Source of the DNA: Guillardia theta CCMP2712
Lineage: Eukaryota > Protista > Cryptophyta
Direction of reading: 5' to 3'
Assembly: GCF_000315625.1 (NCBI RefSeq)
Contig: NW_005434595.1
Coordinates: 173,826-237,825 of the forward strand
Length of the DNA: 64,000 nt
Position numbers and translations under genes: made by a program
The notes under the pieces: model-generated
Database searches by the model: none
What the model saw: the letters and a program-made list of their open reading frames with translations, nothing else
Told to the model about the DNA's origin: nothing
Shown: positions 12,503 through 28,630 of the stretch, piece by piece
How the letters are laid out: the number at the start of each line of letters is the position of its first letter
Position numbering within the stretch: position 1 is the stretch's first letter

Positions 12503-14626
12503 TCACTGCTCAGCTACTCACCTCTCAGTCTCACATCTCTCTTCTCCTTCACCCCTCACCCACCAGTCTGTACAATCTCCTTGGCTTGCTTGTCAATCAG
12601 AGTCATCACATCCCGCACCTGACCCTCGACAATCACGACAAGAAAACAGTCAAATTTGACATGACCTGCTCGTGTCCGATCTTGAGCAAGAATGCAGAAC
12701 TCCTCCCATAGCTTTTCATGCCCAAAACGAAGAAACCTGGAGGTCACAGTCTGCTCAGGAACAGGACAGGACAGAAGGAGCAGACGCCAAGGGTTCCCAG
12801 CTCCTACCTGGCTCAGGGGAGCAGAGAGTCTCCGGCCCATGCGAGCTCTGCTCTTCAGCGTCACGGCGCGACAAAGTCGAAAGAGCCCACCTGACTGAGA
12901 CAGTCTCCACCTCCCCCTCCAGCTGAGAGAAGGGCTATCAAACCAAGTCAGTGCGGCCCTCCCTCCCCAGCACAGCCACCAGCTGCCAGCTTCATAGGCC
13001 CGGAGGAGGCGTAGCACTGATGTACTTGTAGCTCGTCCCATATGGAGGTGTTGGGCCGGAAACCGCAGTTGGAGATCTGTGAAGGAAAAGGTAAGCGCTC
13101 TTGTACCAGAGGATAGACAACATACCACAACATCAACGTCGACCGTCTTTCTCTCGCTCTCCTCCCCCCGCTCGTCCTGCATCAGCCTCATCCTCCCTAC
13201 TCTCCCTCCTCCTGCTCACCTGGATGGACAAGGAGATGGAAACCTTCTTGCCTGCCCCGAGCTCCTTCTCTTGGAACTCAAGCACATTCGCACATTGCAA
13301 GTATGAAACTTTGACTCGGCCTCCCAACACTTGATGATTGCCACGGGAAATTTCATTCCCCTTGCTCTGAGCATTCAGATTGTCAGGGGCTTCCAGGCAC
13401 GACAAGGGAAGGGAGGAAGTGATAGAACTCACGTACAACAGATCTCGTTGCGGGAGAGGATCATCAGCTACTCGACTGTATGGCTCCCCTCCCCTCCTCA
13501 CGATCCAAACAACTTCCACATCTTCTCCTGCTGCTTCACACCATCATCCCCCAAGGAAGGCTCCTCCCAACTCACCCTGGTTCGCCATGCTCGACAGCGC
13601 GTTGAGCGACGTGATAGCTGACGCCCCTGACCCTATGAGGGCAACCGTCTTGCCAAGGAAGAGCTTCGCATCCCTCTCCTTGTTCGGGATGTGCTGCCGT
13701 ATCAGCCCGGAGCTAATCATCCTGGTCTCCCCTAGCGCTGGGATGCCGCCGATACCAGCATGGTTGGGCTGGTTCCAGGTTCCGCTGCAGTCGACAAGAA
13801 ACTGGACATCCTCGATGAATCTCTCCTTGTTCTCTGCGGAGTTGTAGATCAGAGCACGGAAGGTGGCTCCCTTGCGCTGTTAAGGACGAGGGAGAGTTTA
13901 GTGACATGATCCTAGGGAACGTCATACACACACCTTGCTGCTGTTTATGTGTTCCCTTTTAAGGAAGGAAGATCTTCCTATCGACAAGACTTCACAGTTG
14001 AGATGGATCTGACACTTTCCACTATCCTGCAGGTACCGTTCGAGATGTTCGAGATAGGAAGAGATGTACTGTGAGCCTACAAATGCCGGTGAGTCACACA
14101 AGAGGTACATAACACCATGACCACAACAAACTTTGAGGCAATAAGACAGAGCGTCGCTTCTATCACCTGTAGGGAACAGATCCATCTGAGGGAGGGGAAT
14201 ATTTCGCTGTTTCAGAATCTCCCTTCCACACTCTGACATGTTCAAGGACCAAGGACTGAATAATTCGACGTGCTCCCATTCTCTTATATTCGAAGCGATA
14301 CAAGGTCCCTTCTCCAGTAAGACGACGTCAAACCCTGGGATCAGGAACATCAGCATAACATTCAGCCCTCCTGTTATCCTGTCCGTCTTAACATCGGGGA
14401 CTCCTCCTCCTCCACCACCACATGATCCATCAGCACCTTATATCCTTGCGCGCCTGCCTCCTCATCTATACGATCGCGACCTCCCCCTCTACCGTCTGTG
14501 CAACATCATCCTCTTCATCCTCCTCCTCCTCCTTCTCCCCTGCCTCTGCATCCTCTTACCTTCCCTCGTCGCATGCGCCGCCATCTCAAGGCCGATGGGC
14601 CCTGCGCCGACCACCAGTACGTGCAT
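12503..14626 (-). CDS. FAD/NAD(P)H-dependent oxidoreductase (bacterial-type flavoprotein monooxygenase-like), multi-exon
   Basis: MHVLVVGAGPIGLEMAAHA (FAD GxGxxG), EWEHVELFSPWSLN, VDCSGTWNQPNHAGIGGIPALGE, VALIGSGASA (NADPH site), GFRPNTSIWDELQVHQCYAS, GMKSYGRSSAFLLKIGHEQV. The 3' end is approximate. Confidence 0.85.
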
Positions 14627-15276
14627 AGCGGATGAAAATCTGTTCTATGATCGCTGTGGATGGAAAAGATAAAGGAAGAAAGACAGCAAGAACAATTACC
14701 CAATCATTTAGTACAACAATGGGGCAGCAATCAGTCCTCCCTTCTCAGACCCTCCCTCCCCTCCTTTTCCCCGCCCCCCTCCTTCCTTCCGTCGCCCTCG
14801 CCCTCCCTCTCCTTCACTACTCCCCTGTCTTCTTCTTCCTCTGTCTCCTCTCTCCTCTCTCCTCTCCCTCCTCCCTCCTCCTTCCTCCCTCCTCCCTCCT
14901 CCCTCCTCCCCCACCCTTCAAACTCTCCACGTTCTCTACCTTCCTCTACCTTCCGTACCTTACTCTACCTCCAACTCCATCTCCAACTAATCTACACCTT
15001 GGTTCTTCATCTTCTTTCTCCTTGCTTCTGCGTGCCTCCCCTGTTCCCTGCCTTTCCTTTCCCTTTCGTTCTCCCCTATTTGTTTCATCATCTTCGCCAT
15101 CTCCGTCGTTCTGACTCCCTCCACTCCTCATCACTCCATCCTGGTTGAGTTGTCATCATACTCTCATTCTCTCCTCACTATCGTTCACCGCTTTCATCCT
15201 CCTTCTCATCCCCTTCCTTTACCCTCCGCCTCCAGTCTCGCTCCGCTGTGATATGTGAGGAAGCACGTGGCTGCAA

Positions 15277-16404
15277 TGGAGCATGTGACTGCGATCGACA
15301 AGGATCAGGTCAGATCCACCAAAGTCAGCAAGGAACACTTCCCTCATGTACGTCAGCGCTATGACTGGGACTGCGGACTAGTGTGCTGCCAGATGTGCTT
15401 GAAGTGGGTCAACCGACCCCAGTCCTTCTCGGCTCTGACTAGGAGGTGCCCGACGAAGAGCACATGGTCCATCGACCTTGCCTTCCTGCTGCATGGGTTC
15501 GGGGTGAAGGCTCGATACTACACCATCACGTGGGGAGCAAACCAATCGTACACTGAGATCGAGTATTACAAAGAGAATTTGCAGAGTGATGCCTCTAGGG
15601 TGAACGACCTCTTCAACAATGCAGCGGTGGGGTGGTGGTGACCAGGGATGTGATGTGAACTGACTGATGCTGTGGAACTAGGCACGAGGCCTGCATGTTG
15701 AGCTGAAGTCACTCGTGATAGACCAGATCATCGAGGCGCTCGTGAAGGATACTTGTGTCATCATGATACTGGTGGATACACTGTTCTTTGAGCAGGCAAG
15801 GCTTTCCTTGGCTGCTCGTTTCCTTGGCTGCTGTGCCGATGCTGAGAGATGCTTGGCAGGGCTGTGCCGACGCCTCTGCCATGTTGAAGGGGAAGCAGTC
15901 GGAGACAGGGGAGGAGGCAGGGCAGGGCACTGAACGCATGCCCCACTCCTTGCCTTCCGTTGGAATCGACACTGGATTTGTTGGGCATTATGTGGTCAGC
16001 TTCTTGATTCTGAAAGAGCAAACATCTTTGAGTTGACACCTTTGACAGATTTTGATCGCATACCATACAGAGAAGCAGATGTTCGAGATCGCAGATCCTG
16101 GTAGCAAGTCCCCTCGCTCAGTCACCATCCCTGACCATGTTTTGGATGCGAAGGAGTTGAAGCAGAACGAAGGCTCATTCAGAAAGACGCATTGGAGCAT
16201 GCGCGGAAACAACATGGTACGCTCGTTGTTCTTGTTCAACAGCAGAAGGTTTTGACAGAGAGCGTCTGAACAGGCACCGATGAAGATCTGTTAGTCATCG
16301 ACGTTGAAAACCTCATGGTAACGAGCTTGTGAAAACATGACGAGATTCCTGACTTGACAACCCGCAACAGCAAGACTGTAACGAGCTGAACACTTCAGCG
16401 CCTG
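15277..16404 (+). CDS. GUCD1: GUCD1-like protein (Guanylate_cyc_2 / peptidase C39-like fold)
   Basis: HVRQRYDWDCGLVCCQM, TKSTWSIDLAFLL, GFVGHYVV, FEIADPG and GTDEDLLVID across short exons. The 3' end is approximate. Confidence 0.85.
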
Positions 16405-16533
16405 AGGAAAGGGAGGAAATTTTCCTACGTTGCAAGAGAAAAGGTTGGCAGAATCGACATGTTGAAATTTGCACTGAGTGTGGGGGCAGGGTGAAACAAT
16501 GAATTCTCGAATAAACGCATTTCCTTCTCTACA

Positions 16534-16566
<33 letters not shown>

Positions 16567-16736
16567 ATCACGCTGGGTCCATCTTCGTCCTTTTTCTCCT
16601 TCCCTCCTGTTCTCTCCTTCTCCCTCCTTCTTCCTCCTCCTGCTTCTCTCCTCCTCTCCCAGTCTTCTCCCTCCCCCTCCCCTCCACTCCTCCTCCTCTC
16701 CCTCCTCTCTCTCTCTCTCCTCCTCCTCCCTCCCTT

Positions 16737-19700
16737 TCAGCTGGACTTGGTAGACCACACGGCAACCGTCTTGTCAAGAGAGCCGGAGTAAAGTCCTCCT
16801 TGGAACCAGGCGAGCGCCGTGACGTCTGACGTATGATGACTCAGCATGTCAACAACAGCCCACTGCCTGGGGTCCCTGCTGGATATGTCCCAGACCTGTC
16901 AACTTAGTGAGATGAAGGGCGCAAGACCTCAGCTCGCCCTCACCTGGATGACATGCGGCTTGTTGAAGGTGGCGCAGAACAGGCTGCCGTCAACGCAAGC
17001 CATCGGCGACTTGACTCCGTCCAACACCCTGTAGAGCTTCCTGGTCCTGAGGTCCCAGACCTTGATCGAAGTGGTCCCAGCCCCGACGACCCAGTCGTTC
17101 ATGCAGTGAACCTTCATGCATGAATCTCCTTCGCAGTCCAACGTGAACAGGTTTTCAAAGTTGCCCACGTTCCAGCACTTGATTGTCATGTCAAGAGAGC
17201 CAGTCAAGATTATGTTGTCTCTGACCGCTATGTCCTTTACCCCCAGCGCATGTCCAGACACGTTCTTGACGCAGACTCCTTGCTCTATGTCCCACTCGCA
17301 TAGCTGCCCGCTGTCGTCAACGCTGAACAGTCGCGCCGCGTCCTCCTCCCCATCCCCGTAGCGATTCCCCGCTATCCCGTTCACCGCAAACGCCTTTCCT
17401 CCTCCTAGCAGCGACTTTTGGCAGCTGTAGTCTGCGCTGTCCCAGACCTTGAGGGAATCATCGGGGAAGGATCCGCCGCTGAAGAAGAGGGACGGGAACA
17501 CGGAGCTGGCATGCAGGCAGTTCACTTCAGCCTTGTGCACTCGGATAGCGTCAACCTCCTCGCAGCTATCGATGTTCCACAGCTTCATCATGCCCGACTC
17601 GTCTGCTGTCGCCAGGACGCGACCGGAGGGCAGGCCAGTGATCGCCGTCAGAGGCTTCTTGTGCCCTACCAGCGACTTGAAGAGCTTCGGCACCTGAGCC
17701 TGCGCGACGAGAACCTGCGACTTGTCCCTCAGGGCCTGGTTGACGTCGCTCGTGCCTTCCATGATGAGCTCCTGTATGCCCGCGATCTCCATGGCGTTGG
17801 CGTAGATGGAGTCTCGGAGCTTCTCGAACATGCAGGAGGTCAGGTGCTCTTCACACGCCATCCTCGTGCCCTTCCATGCGCATCCGATGCGCGAGTGAGG
17901 GCACTCGATGAGGTAGTTGGGACAAGCGACCGTGAGGTGAGGGGCCTGGAAGTGATGGGGCAGCGATGTGCCGCAGTACCTGACAGATCAGATCAAGTCA
18001 AGNNNNNNNNNNNNNNNNNNNNNNNNNNNNNNNNNNNNNNNNNNNNNNNNNNNNNNNNNNNNNNNNNNNNNNNNNNNNNNNNNNNNNNNNNNNNNNNNNN
18101 NNGGAGGGAGGGGGCAGGCAGGAGCTTACAAGCATCGTATCTGTTCGAAATGTTCTACGAGCGGGGTGCGATAGAAAGCAATCCGCAGCCTGGGCTTGAT
18201 CTTGACGCTCTGATAAGACGTGCTGACTTCCAGCATGTGCCAGTCCTCGTAAACCTCCTCGTACGGGAACGAGTCGGCCTTGAGCACCGCGTACGCTACT
18301 CGCTCGTTCATACCATGGTTGTCATACTCGAGGTAAAGTCTCAGCCTGTTCCTGGCGTCCACGTTGCTCCAGTAGAACTCCTTGTCCTCTGACTTCCACG
18401 AGTACGAGTCGCTGATGGCTGCAGCGTCAGTCTCGTCCTTGGTCTCTCCCATCTCCAGCGAGATCTTGAAGGTCAGGTCGCTCGTTCCCAGGCCCGAGTG
18501 AAGCCCGTCCCCCTTGATCAACTTGATGTAGAGGCCAAACTGATTCACCTTGTCTCCGTCAGCAACATGCTTCTCCACTAGCTCGTCCTTCCTCCCCAGC
18601 AGACTGGCTTCATACGATCGCGTCTTCATGTACTCCGTCCAGTTGTGCGTCGGGACGAACCTTCTCTTGATCCGGATAGAGCCGGCATGTCGCATCGAGC
18701 TCCCGGACTCGTCGGCCGTCAAGTCGTACCAGCTCTCCTCGTCTTGGTCAGGCACAAGGTCGAGAGGGATGTGAACTTTTCCGAGGATGACGACCTTGGC
18801 GGGTCGGAGGTTGTTCTTGTCCAGCACAGAGACAACAAGCTTGCTGGCCTGCATCGGAACGTCGAACACGCATTCTTTCTCCCAGATCGGATTTCTCGTC
18901 TGAGGAGCCTCCGACGTCATGAACACCTGCTGCTCAATCGCAGCGATCACGTACGGGTTCGGGAGCTTCTTGGAGTCGACCTGCAGCAGTCCATGTCCGG
19001 CCCTGAGGGTGACGACGATCTTACCAGTCTGAGACGGTCTGCCTTGCTTGTCGAAGATCAGGTAGCTGTTGATCCGCGAGTTTGTCTCAGCCAGCACCTC
19101 GGCGGCTCGATGCTGCTGTAGGGAGATCTCCTCCAGCTTCTTGTTGATATCGCTCACCAGCCTGTCTTGCTGCAACGTCAGGTACTGCGTTCGTTTCTCC
19201 GTGACCTCCTCCTGCTCCATCAGCTTCGAGTGCATCAAGTGCAGCTTGTAAAAGACTTCCTCGTACGCCGCCGGACCGTTGTTGTGCAAGTTGTCAAAAT
19301 CATCGGGGTAACGAGCCTCTCCATGCCTCTCGTCATGAATGCTCTGACCTCTCTCCTCCTCTCCCGACTGTTGGAAGCGCTGGGAAGCTGACGCAGCGCT
19401 CAGCGAGAAGGGCGCAGGAGGATACTGCTGCCGTTCGAGCTGCTCGATCTTTGATCGCAGGGCCTTGATCTCGTTGAGAGCCTCCATCACGAAACTTTGA
19501 CTATCCTCATCGAGATGCCTCGAGGAATGATCCCTTGAAGGAGATCTGGACTTGATAGAGTGGAGGCTTTCTCCTCGCTGCAACGTCACATCATCGTTTG
19601 ACTCTTCAAACACATCCTCGTCATCATAGAGCTCAAGGACCTGCGCGTTGTTGTCGAAGTGAACACTGTCTGGTCTTGCCAACTCTTGTTCAGGAGCCTG

Positions 19701-20675
19701 ACTCTCAGACACAAGTTTGAACTCCCACTCGATCAGCATCTTCAGGCACTTCTGCCTGTCCTTCACCTCTGCCACATTCAGCGGAGTCCTTCCGAGCTGG
19801 TTCCTAGCAAACACATCCGCCCCGTGCTCTAAGAGGATCTTAACAATCGAGTCATCGTCGTCGATCAGACAGCAGTAGTGCAAGGGCGTGTTGCCGTTGT
19901 TCTCGTCCACGAAGTTGATGCTGTGAGGCAGCTTCATCAGCACGAAGTGAAGAACGTCCTTCTGCTTGCTTCGCACAGCCGCCATGATCACTTTCATGGC
20001 TTCCTCGCGCGAGTGTATGCTGCCCCTGATGGTATCAAAGAGATCGTTCTTGATGTTCTCTTCAATCGTCTTGTCCTCGAAGATGTTGATCACTTCTCTG
20101 TTCTCCGCATGGCGAGCGAAGTCAGCGGGCGTCCAGGAGTAGCGATTGGCTGTGTTAGGAAGGAAACCATGGATAAGCAGCTGCTTCGTGATCTGAGTGA
20201 TGTCTGCCCTCTTGGAGACGGCAGCGAAGTGCAGAGGAGTGTTGAAGTTCTCGCTCTCTCGCAGGAGGAGGGGAACTTCAACCTCCTCTAGCACGAACTT
20301 GATCAGATCCAGAGATCCGCTCCTTATGGCGCTGAAGATCAGCCCTTCCTCCCGCGCCTTCCCGTCCTTCTGAGCGATGTAGTCGTACGTGATGATCCCT
20401 CCTCGTATCTCTTGCTCAGTCGGTACGCGCATGACGACCTTGTGGCTGGTGCTGTCCCACGAGGACAGCGTGTCTTCGCACCATGTAACCTGGGCTGGGA
20501 GGAGCTTCTTGGCAATATTGCGCTCTCTCTCGACCTCTCGCTCAGCCAACCACTTCTTCTTCACGTCTTCTTGAGCCTGGTGGATCATGGCTTGATGCAG
20601 CTTCGCCTTCCACTCCGTCCTCCTCTCCTCGTCCTCCCGCCATCCTCTCCCCGCCGCCTTCGGTCGGCTCGCCAT
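16737..20675 (-). CDS. Ankyrin repeats - coiled coil - two C2 domains - TRAF-type Zn finger - WD40 propeller protein
   Basis: The 849-aa ORF has ankyrin repeats (NTPLHFAA, GNTPLHYCC, GRTPLNVA) and C2 (NPYVIAAIE..TRNPIWEKECVF). Intron 18129-17980 joins it in frame as RCL|YCGTSLPHHFQAPHLTVACPNYLIECPHSRIGCAWKG..HLTSC into the 310-aa WD40 ORF. The last exon ends SGSLDKTVAVWSTKSS* at 16737. Confidence 0.85.
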
Positions 20676-20699
20676 GTTCAGTAGGGCCCCATGCTCATC

Positions 20700-21950
20700 C
20701 CGTACGATGCTGTGCGCCCAACCGCCCTCATCCCCTCACCCCAGTGACCGCCCGGCCGCTCAGCCGCAACTCAGAGCCAACCGTTCAACTGCCGCGAGTC
20801 AGCCAAGTCGGAGTCACCGGCGGAACTTACTAGCCTAAGTTACGCGGCTGCCACTGTGACTAAGCGGCCTCGAGTCCGACAGTCAGCCTTCTACGGTACT
20901 ACGGTAGTATCAACTGAAGCCTTTGAACATGATGCTTCAATCATTGAATAGTGTGGCGCCCGCGGACGGGGAGCGGCTGCGCCGTGGGCCGGCGCGGCCC
21001 GGGCCAGCCAGCCTCATAGCGCTATGGCCGCGTTACTGCCCAGGCTGCCCCGGGTCACCGCCACTGAGAATGGCACCGGCACGGTGGCGCCCGCGGCCGG
21101 GGGGCGCCGCAGGTGACCGTCAGCCTGGCCCAGGCGAGTCACGCCGAGCCTGGCAGTGCCACGGTGCCGCACGGTGCCCAACTTGCAGTGGCAAGCCTAA
21201 AGTAAGTTGACCAGCCGCGCCCCCCCCTCCCCCAGTGACGGACACCGGCGAGGCGCCCCGTCGCTGGCCGGGCGGCTCGGACCCGCCGGTCCGCTCGGAG
21301 GTGGCCTCCCGGGAGCCTCGGAGTCCAATCACCGCCGGCCCGGCCGGCGGCGGGCCCGGCGGGGCCGCAGCTTGAACCGTCGGGCCCGGGCGGCCCCTTA
21401 CCGTAGTACAGTACGTGTCGGACTGACACTGACTGCCGCAGTGCCACTCGGAAGATGCGACCGGCGTGTCGGGAGACCGTCGGACGGTCTGAAAAAGGTT
21501 CCGAGAGTTCAAATCTAAACCTAGGTTTTACTCAAAGTTAAGTTAAAGATCAGTACGAGGACTACCAGGAGAGTAGTTTGAGTAAAGTTCAATTCTAAAT
21601 CAGTGCAGGGGCCCGGGGGCTTCGGAGCACAAACTAGAGGCAACGGAGATACTACGGTAGTCAACTACTTTACCCCTAGACAGACCGGCGGAATGGACCG
21701 GTACTGGTAGCTCCAGGGGTGAAGTGACGGGTCATACTATGCCCGAAGCGTCTCGAAAACGATCGTTTTCAGCACCAGTTTGAAAAACAATGTTTGTTCT
21801 GCCCATCGTCAGAGGGGGTAGGGGTTACTCTTGTACCCTATATTGTGAAGGTTTTTGTTGAGAAAAGGAGGGGTACTTTTGTGCAATTCCGATTCATTGG
21901 GGGTTATGCATGTGGCGGGGGTTGTCCTGTAGTAGTCATTTGTATGCGCA
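20700..21950. promoter_or_regulatory. Divergent promoter island: GC/CCGG/GAGTCA block, then AT-richer block, then GGGTA/TACCC block
   Basis: Dense GGCC/CCGG/CCCGG and repeated GAGTCA/TGACT at 20700-21500; GGGTA/TACCC at 21670-21910; lies between two head-to-head genes. Confidence 0.5.
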
Positions 21951-22293
21951 ATGGTCGGATGGAACGGTCGTGCGAAGTTGTGGAAGAGGGGAGAGGAGGA
22001 AGAGGATGGGATAGACGGAGGAAGGCATGGACGACAACAAGAAAGAAGAAAGGAAGAGGTTCAGGCACAGAAAGATGAGCAGAGGAAAGCGACAATGAGC
22101 AAGACAGAAAAGGATAGAGAATAAGGACGAAAACGATGGGTGCAACGCTCAAAAATCTTTTACGGAGGAGGAGACAAAGGCACAGAGGAAAGCAAGTTAG
22201 GTCAAGATGTACAAGTTAGACATGCAGGAGTTCGAGAAGAGTAGGAAATCAGCAAATAGTGAAGCATGACTGTCAATGACAAACATTTGAGAC

Positions 22294-24860
22294 ATGGTTT
22301 TCGCAGACACCATGACCCAACCCAAGATCAAGTCCCGCTCCTCATACGCGGTGGAGCTGGAATGCGATGAGCCGGATACTCGACACTGGATGCACACCTG
22401 GTGTGTGGACAAGAACGGAGGAGAGCTGGCAAGGGTGCCAGAGATGCTAAGAGGGTCGGAAGCTACCATCTTCAACTGCTTCGAGAAGGCAACGCAGGTT
22501 CATGCCGATAGATGTTGCATGTACACCAGGAAAGTCGAAGAGTGCAAGGTTGAAGGCAGCAAGCAATTCTGGAAGAAAGGCATGACCTGTACACGTCTTT
22601 GAGCTCTTCTGATCGTTCTACAGGCCCGTACTCCCCTCGCACCTATGCACAAGTCGGCCGTGAGGTGAAGGCTGTTGCCAAAGGGCTGCTGTCGTTGTCA
22701 GAGGTAGCAGAGAGGAGGAAGCAGAAGAAGGAGTGCATCCTTGCCATCCTCGCTGAGACTTCAGCGGATTGGATGATTTCAGCACAGGCTTCGTTCGCAG
22801 CAGGGTGTACCATCACCACAGTTTACTCGACGCTGGGACATGAAGCGATGCTGCACGGGCTGCTGGAGACTGAGGCAGTTCTGATCTTCGTTGACTGGGG
22901 CCTGTACAAGACCCTCAAGGATAAGGTTCTCGCGCAGTGTCCGGCCCTCAAGTACATCGTCATCATCGGAGAAGACCTGGCACCGCTGTCTACCGTCGGG
23001 GCACCACACAACCCGTACCCGAAGCTGAATGAGGCCTCGTCCTTCCCGCTCATCGGAGCAGCCTCCTCGACTACCCTGCAGGATCTCATGAGCATCGGAC
23101 AGAAGGTCGACCTGGACCTGCAGGCCTTCGCTCCTCGTGCAGACGATGTGGCCTTCATCATGTACACGTCAGGATCCACAGGGGTACCCAAGGGCGTTAT
23201 CCTCTCCCACTCCAACTTCGTCTCCGTCCTCGCCTCCGTCATCGCTCAGGACTGCGTGACCCCGAGAGCAGGCGACGTGCTCATCTCCTACCTCCCCCTC
23301 GCTCACATCCTCGAGCTCGTCATCGAAGTCACAAGCATGTGCCAGGGAGCAACGATAGGATACGCACACCCTCGCTCCCTTACCGCCTCCAGCCCCTACA
23401 TCATGCACGGAGACAGCAGCAGCCCCGACTTGACTTCGCTCAGGCCCACGATCATGCCCTCAGTGCCAGCGATCCTCGAGGCGATCAGGACGGGGCTGAT
23501 GAAGAAGGTGGAGGACGGAGGAGGTCTCAAGAAGAAGCTCTTCTGGGGAGCGATGAACAGAAGGATGAAGAAACCTGCTGGCTGCGGCATTTGCTCCTTC
23601 CTGGACAACACTGTGCTCGGCAAGGTCAAGAAGATCGCTGGGCTAGATCGTGTGCGGCTGATTGTATGCGGTGGAGCTCCTCTAGGAGCTGAGACGCAGC
23701 AGTTTGTGACTGCGCTGGTCAGTCCTGTGGCGCAAGGCTATGGCGCGACAGAGACGACGAGCTGCGCGACTGTCCAGGAGGCAGTCAGGAGCGGGTCGCG
23801 GCCAGCAGACGAGACGTACGGGAGGGTGGGAGCGATCCAGCCGGCGAATGAGATCAAGGTGAGAAAACTGAGGAGCAGGGAAAGAAAGAGGAGGAGGAGA
23901 AGGAGAACGAAGAGGAGGGGAGGGAGGTGGAGGAGGGGCAGGGAAAGGAGACGGGGCAGGGGCAAGGGGTCGGGAGGGACGTTCTGATTTTCTTTTCGCT
24001 ATCAGCTGCTGTCTGTCCCCGAGATGAACTATCTTGTCACGGACCCGGAGCCTCGAGGAGAAGTGCTGATAGCAGGCAACAACGTGTCTGCTGGGTACTA
24101 CAAGATGGCGGACAAGACGGCGGAAGACTTCAGGAAGCATGCAGACGGCAAGATCTGGTTCCACACTGGAGACGTGGCTGTAATGGAGAAGGATGGAGCC
24201 CTGCGGATCATCGACAGGAAGAAGGACCTGATCAAGCTCGCAGGAGGAGAGTTTGTAGCTCTCGGCAAGGTGGAGGCCTGTCTGAAGCAAGTGCAAGGGA
24301 TAGCTTGCGTCTGCGTCTTCGCCAAGTCCGACATGAACTACTGCGTTGCTATCGTGTCGCAGCCTGAGAAGGGCTGGGGGTCAGTAGGAGGACGACCTGA
24401 CGAAGCTGTTCTGGTAGCTGACGCGACCAAGAAGCTGAGGGAGGTCGGACTGTCTCGGTTTGAGATCCCTACCAAGATCAAAGTAGACGACACCATATGG
24501 ACTCCCGTAAGTGAAGTTGGGGGAGAAGGGGGAAGGTGGAAGGGGATAAGGAGCAGAAGAGGAGGAAGTGAGGAGGGTGGGATGGGGGGGGTGGGGGTCT
24601 GATGAAGTGAGCAGGAGAGCGGGCTGGTGACAGCATCGCTGAAGCTTCAGAGGAACCCGCTGCGTGCTTTCTACAACCAGCCAGGCAAGAGGAGGGGATG
24701 AAGAGGAGGAGGAGGAGAATCTGAAAAGATGCGCGGGAGGACAGAGGGGAAGGGGACAAGAGAGGAGAGGAAGAGTCAGGAAGGGAGGAGACGGTAACAG
24801 GAGGGTTGTGCTGACATTGGAGCAGGGGGTCTGCTGGAGCAGATGGAGTATAAGTTTTGA
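22294..24860 (+). CDS. Long-chain acyl-CoA synthetase (LACS8/9-like, AMP-binding family)
   Basis: IMYTSGSTGVPKGV, SYLPLAHILE, QGYGATET, WFHTGDV, IIDRKKDLIKLAGGEFVALGKVE, WTP|ESGLVTASLKLQR. About five exons. Confidence 0.95.
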
Positions 24861-24973
24861 GCTTGTGTGGAGGGGTTTAAGATTTTGATGCGAAAGCGAA
24901 GAGAAAGTCAGGGAACAACATGCAAGAAACTAGTTCAACTTGTTAACGAGGAGGAATGATGGTGAAACTCTCC

Positions 24974-28102
<3,129 letters not shown>

Positions 28103-28229
28103 GGCGCTTTCTTTCTGTCCGACCGTGGAGGACAGCAAAACTTCTTTATGTCAGTTTTCTTTTGCATTATCGCTGCCTTATTCAAGCCAAGTTGATTACT
28201 CAGTGACTTGAAGTTTCAAGTTTAGGCAG

Positions 28230-28630
28230 AGGCTGCGGCGGCGAGTCCCAGTGCGGCCGGGCCGCCGGCCCGGCCGCGGCGGGCTGGCAGGCCCACGGTC
28301 GGGCCTGTGATCAATGATCCCGGCCGTCAAGTCAAGCATCCTCGACTCTCTAACCGTCACTGTCAGGTTGCCGGCGCTGCCCGGCCGCGGCCGCGCGGCC
28401 GGGCGTGCGGCCACGCCGTCACGGTCAGTGCACGGTGACGGCAAACTGATTGAACTTGAAAGGTCATCATGGCATCTCGGCGGTGCGGCCAGCATGAGTC
28501 CGAGCGGCGGCCGAGGGCCATCCTCGGCGCAGCGCGGCCTCGGCACCGTGACGAGTCCGATCGCCCCGGCGCATCAGTGAGTCACGGTGGCTGGCGCTGA
28601 CTGACTGTTCACAGCACGACTCAGGGTGCC
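28230..28630. promoter_or_regulatory. GC/CCGG-rich island upstream of RPAP3
   Basis: Dense GGCCG/CCGG runs plus TGAGTCA and TGACTGACTG, ~130-500 bp upstream of the ATG. Confidence 0.5.

Noticed and set aside
14632-15148. Pro/Ser/Leu-rich ORFs between the flavoprotein and GUCD1
   Set aside because: CT-rich low-complexity intergenic DNA that lacks stop codons by composition.
17418-19121. Long + strand ORFs (324 aa and 158 aa)
   Set aside because: Antisense shadows of the GC3-rich minus-strand gene.
20923-21518. Arg/Pro/Gly-rich ORFs in the GC island (also 28196-28580, 42300-42705, 50237-50494)
   Set aside because: Open on both strands because GC-rich DNA lacks stop codons; no protein-like features.
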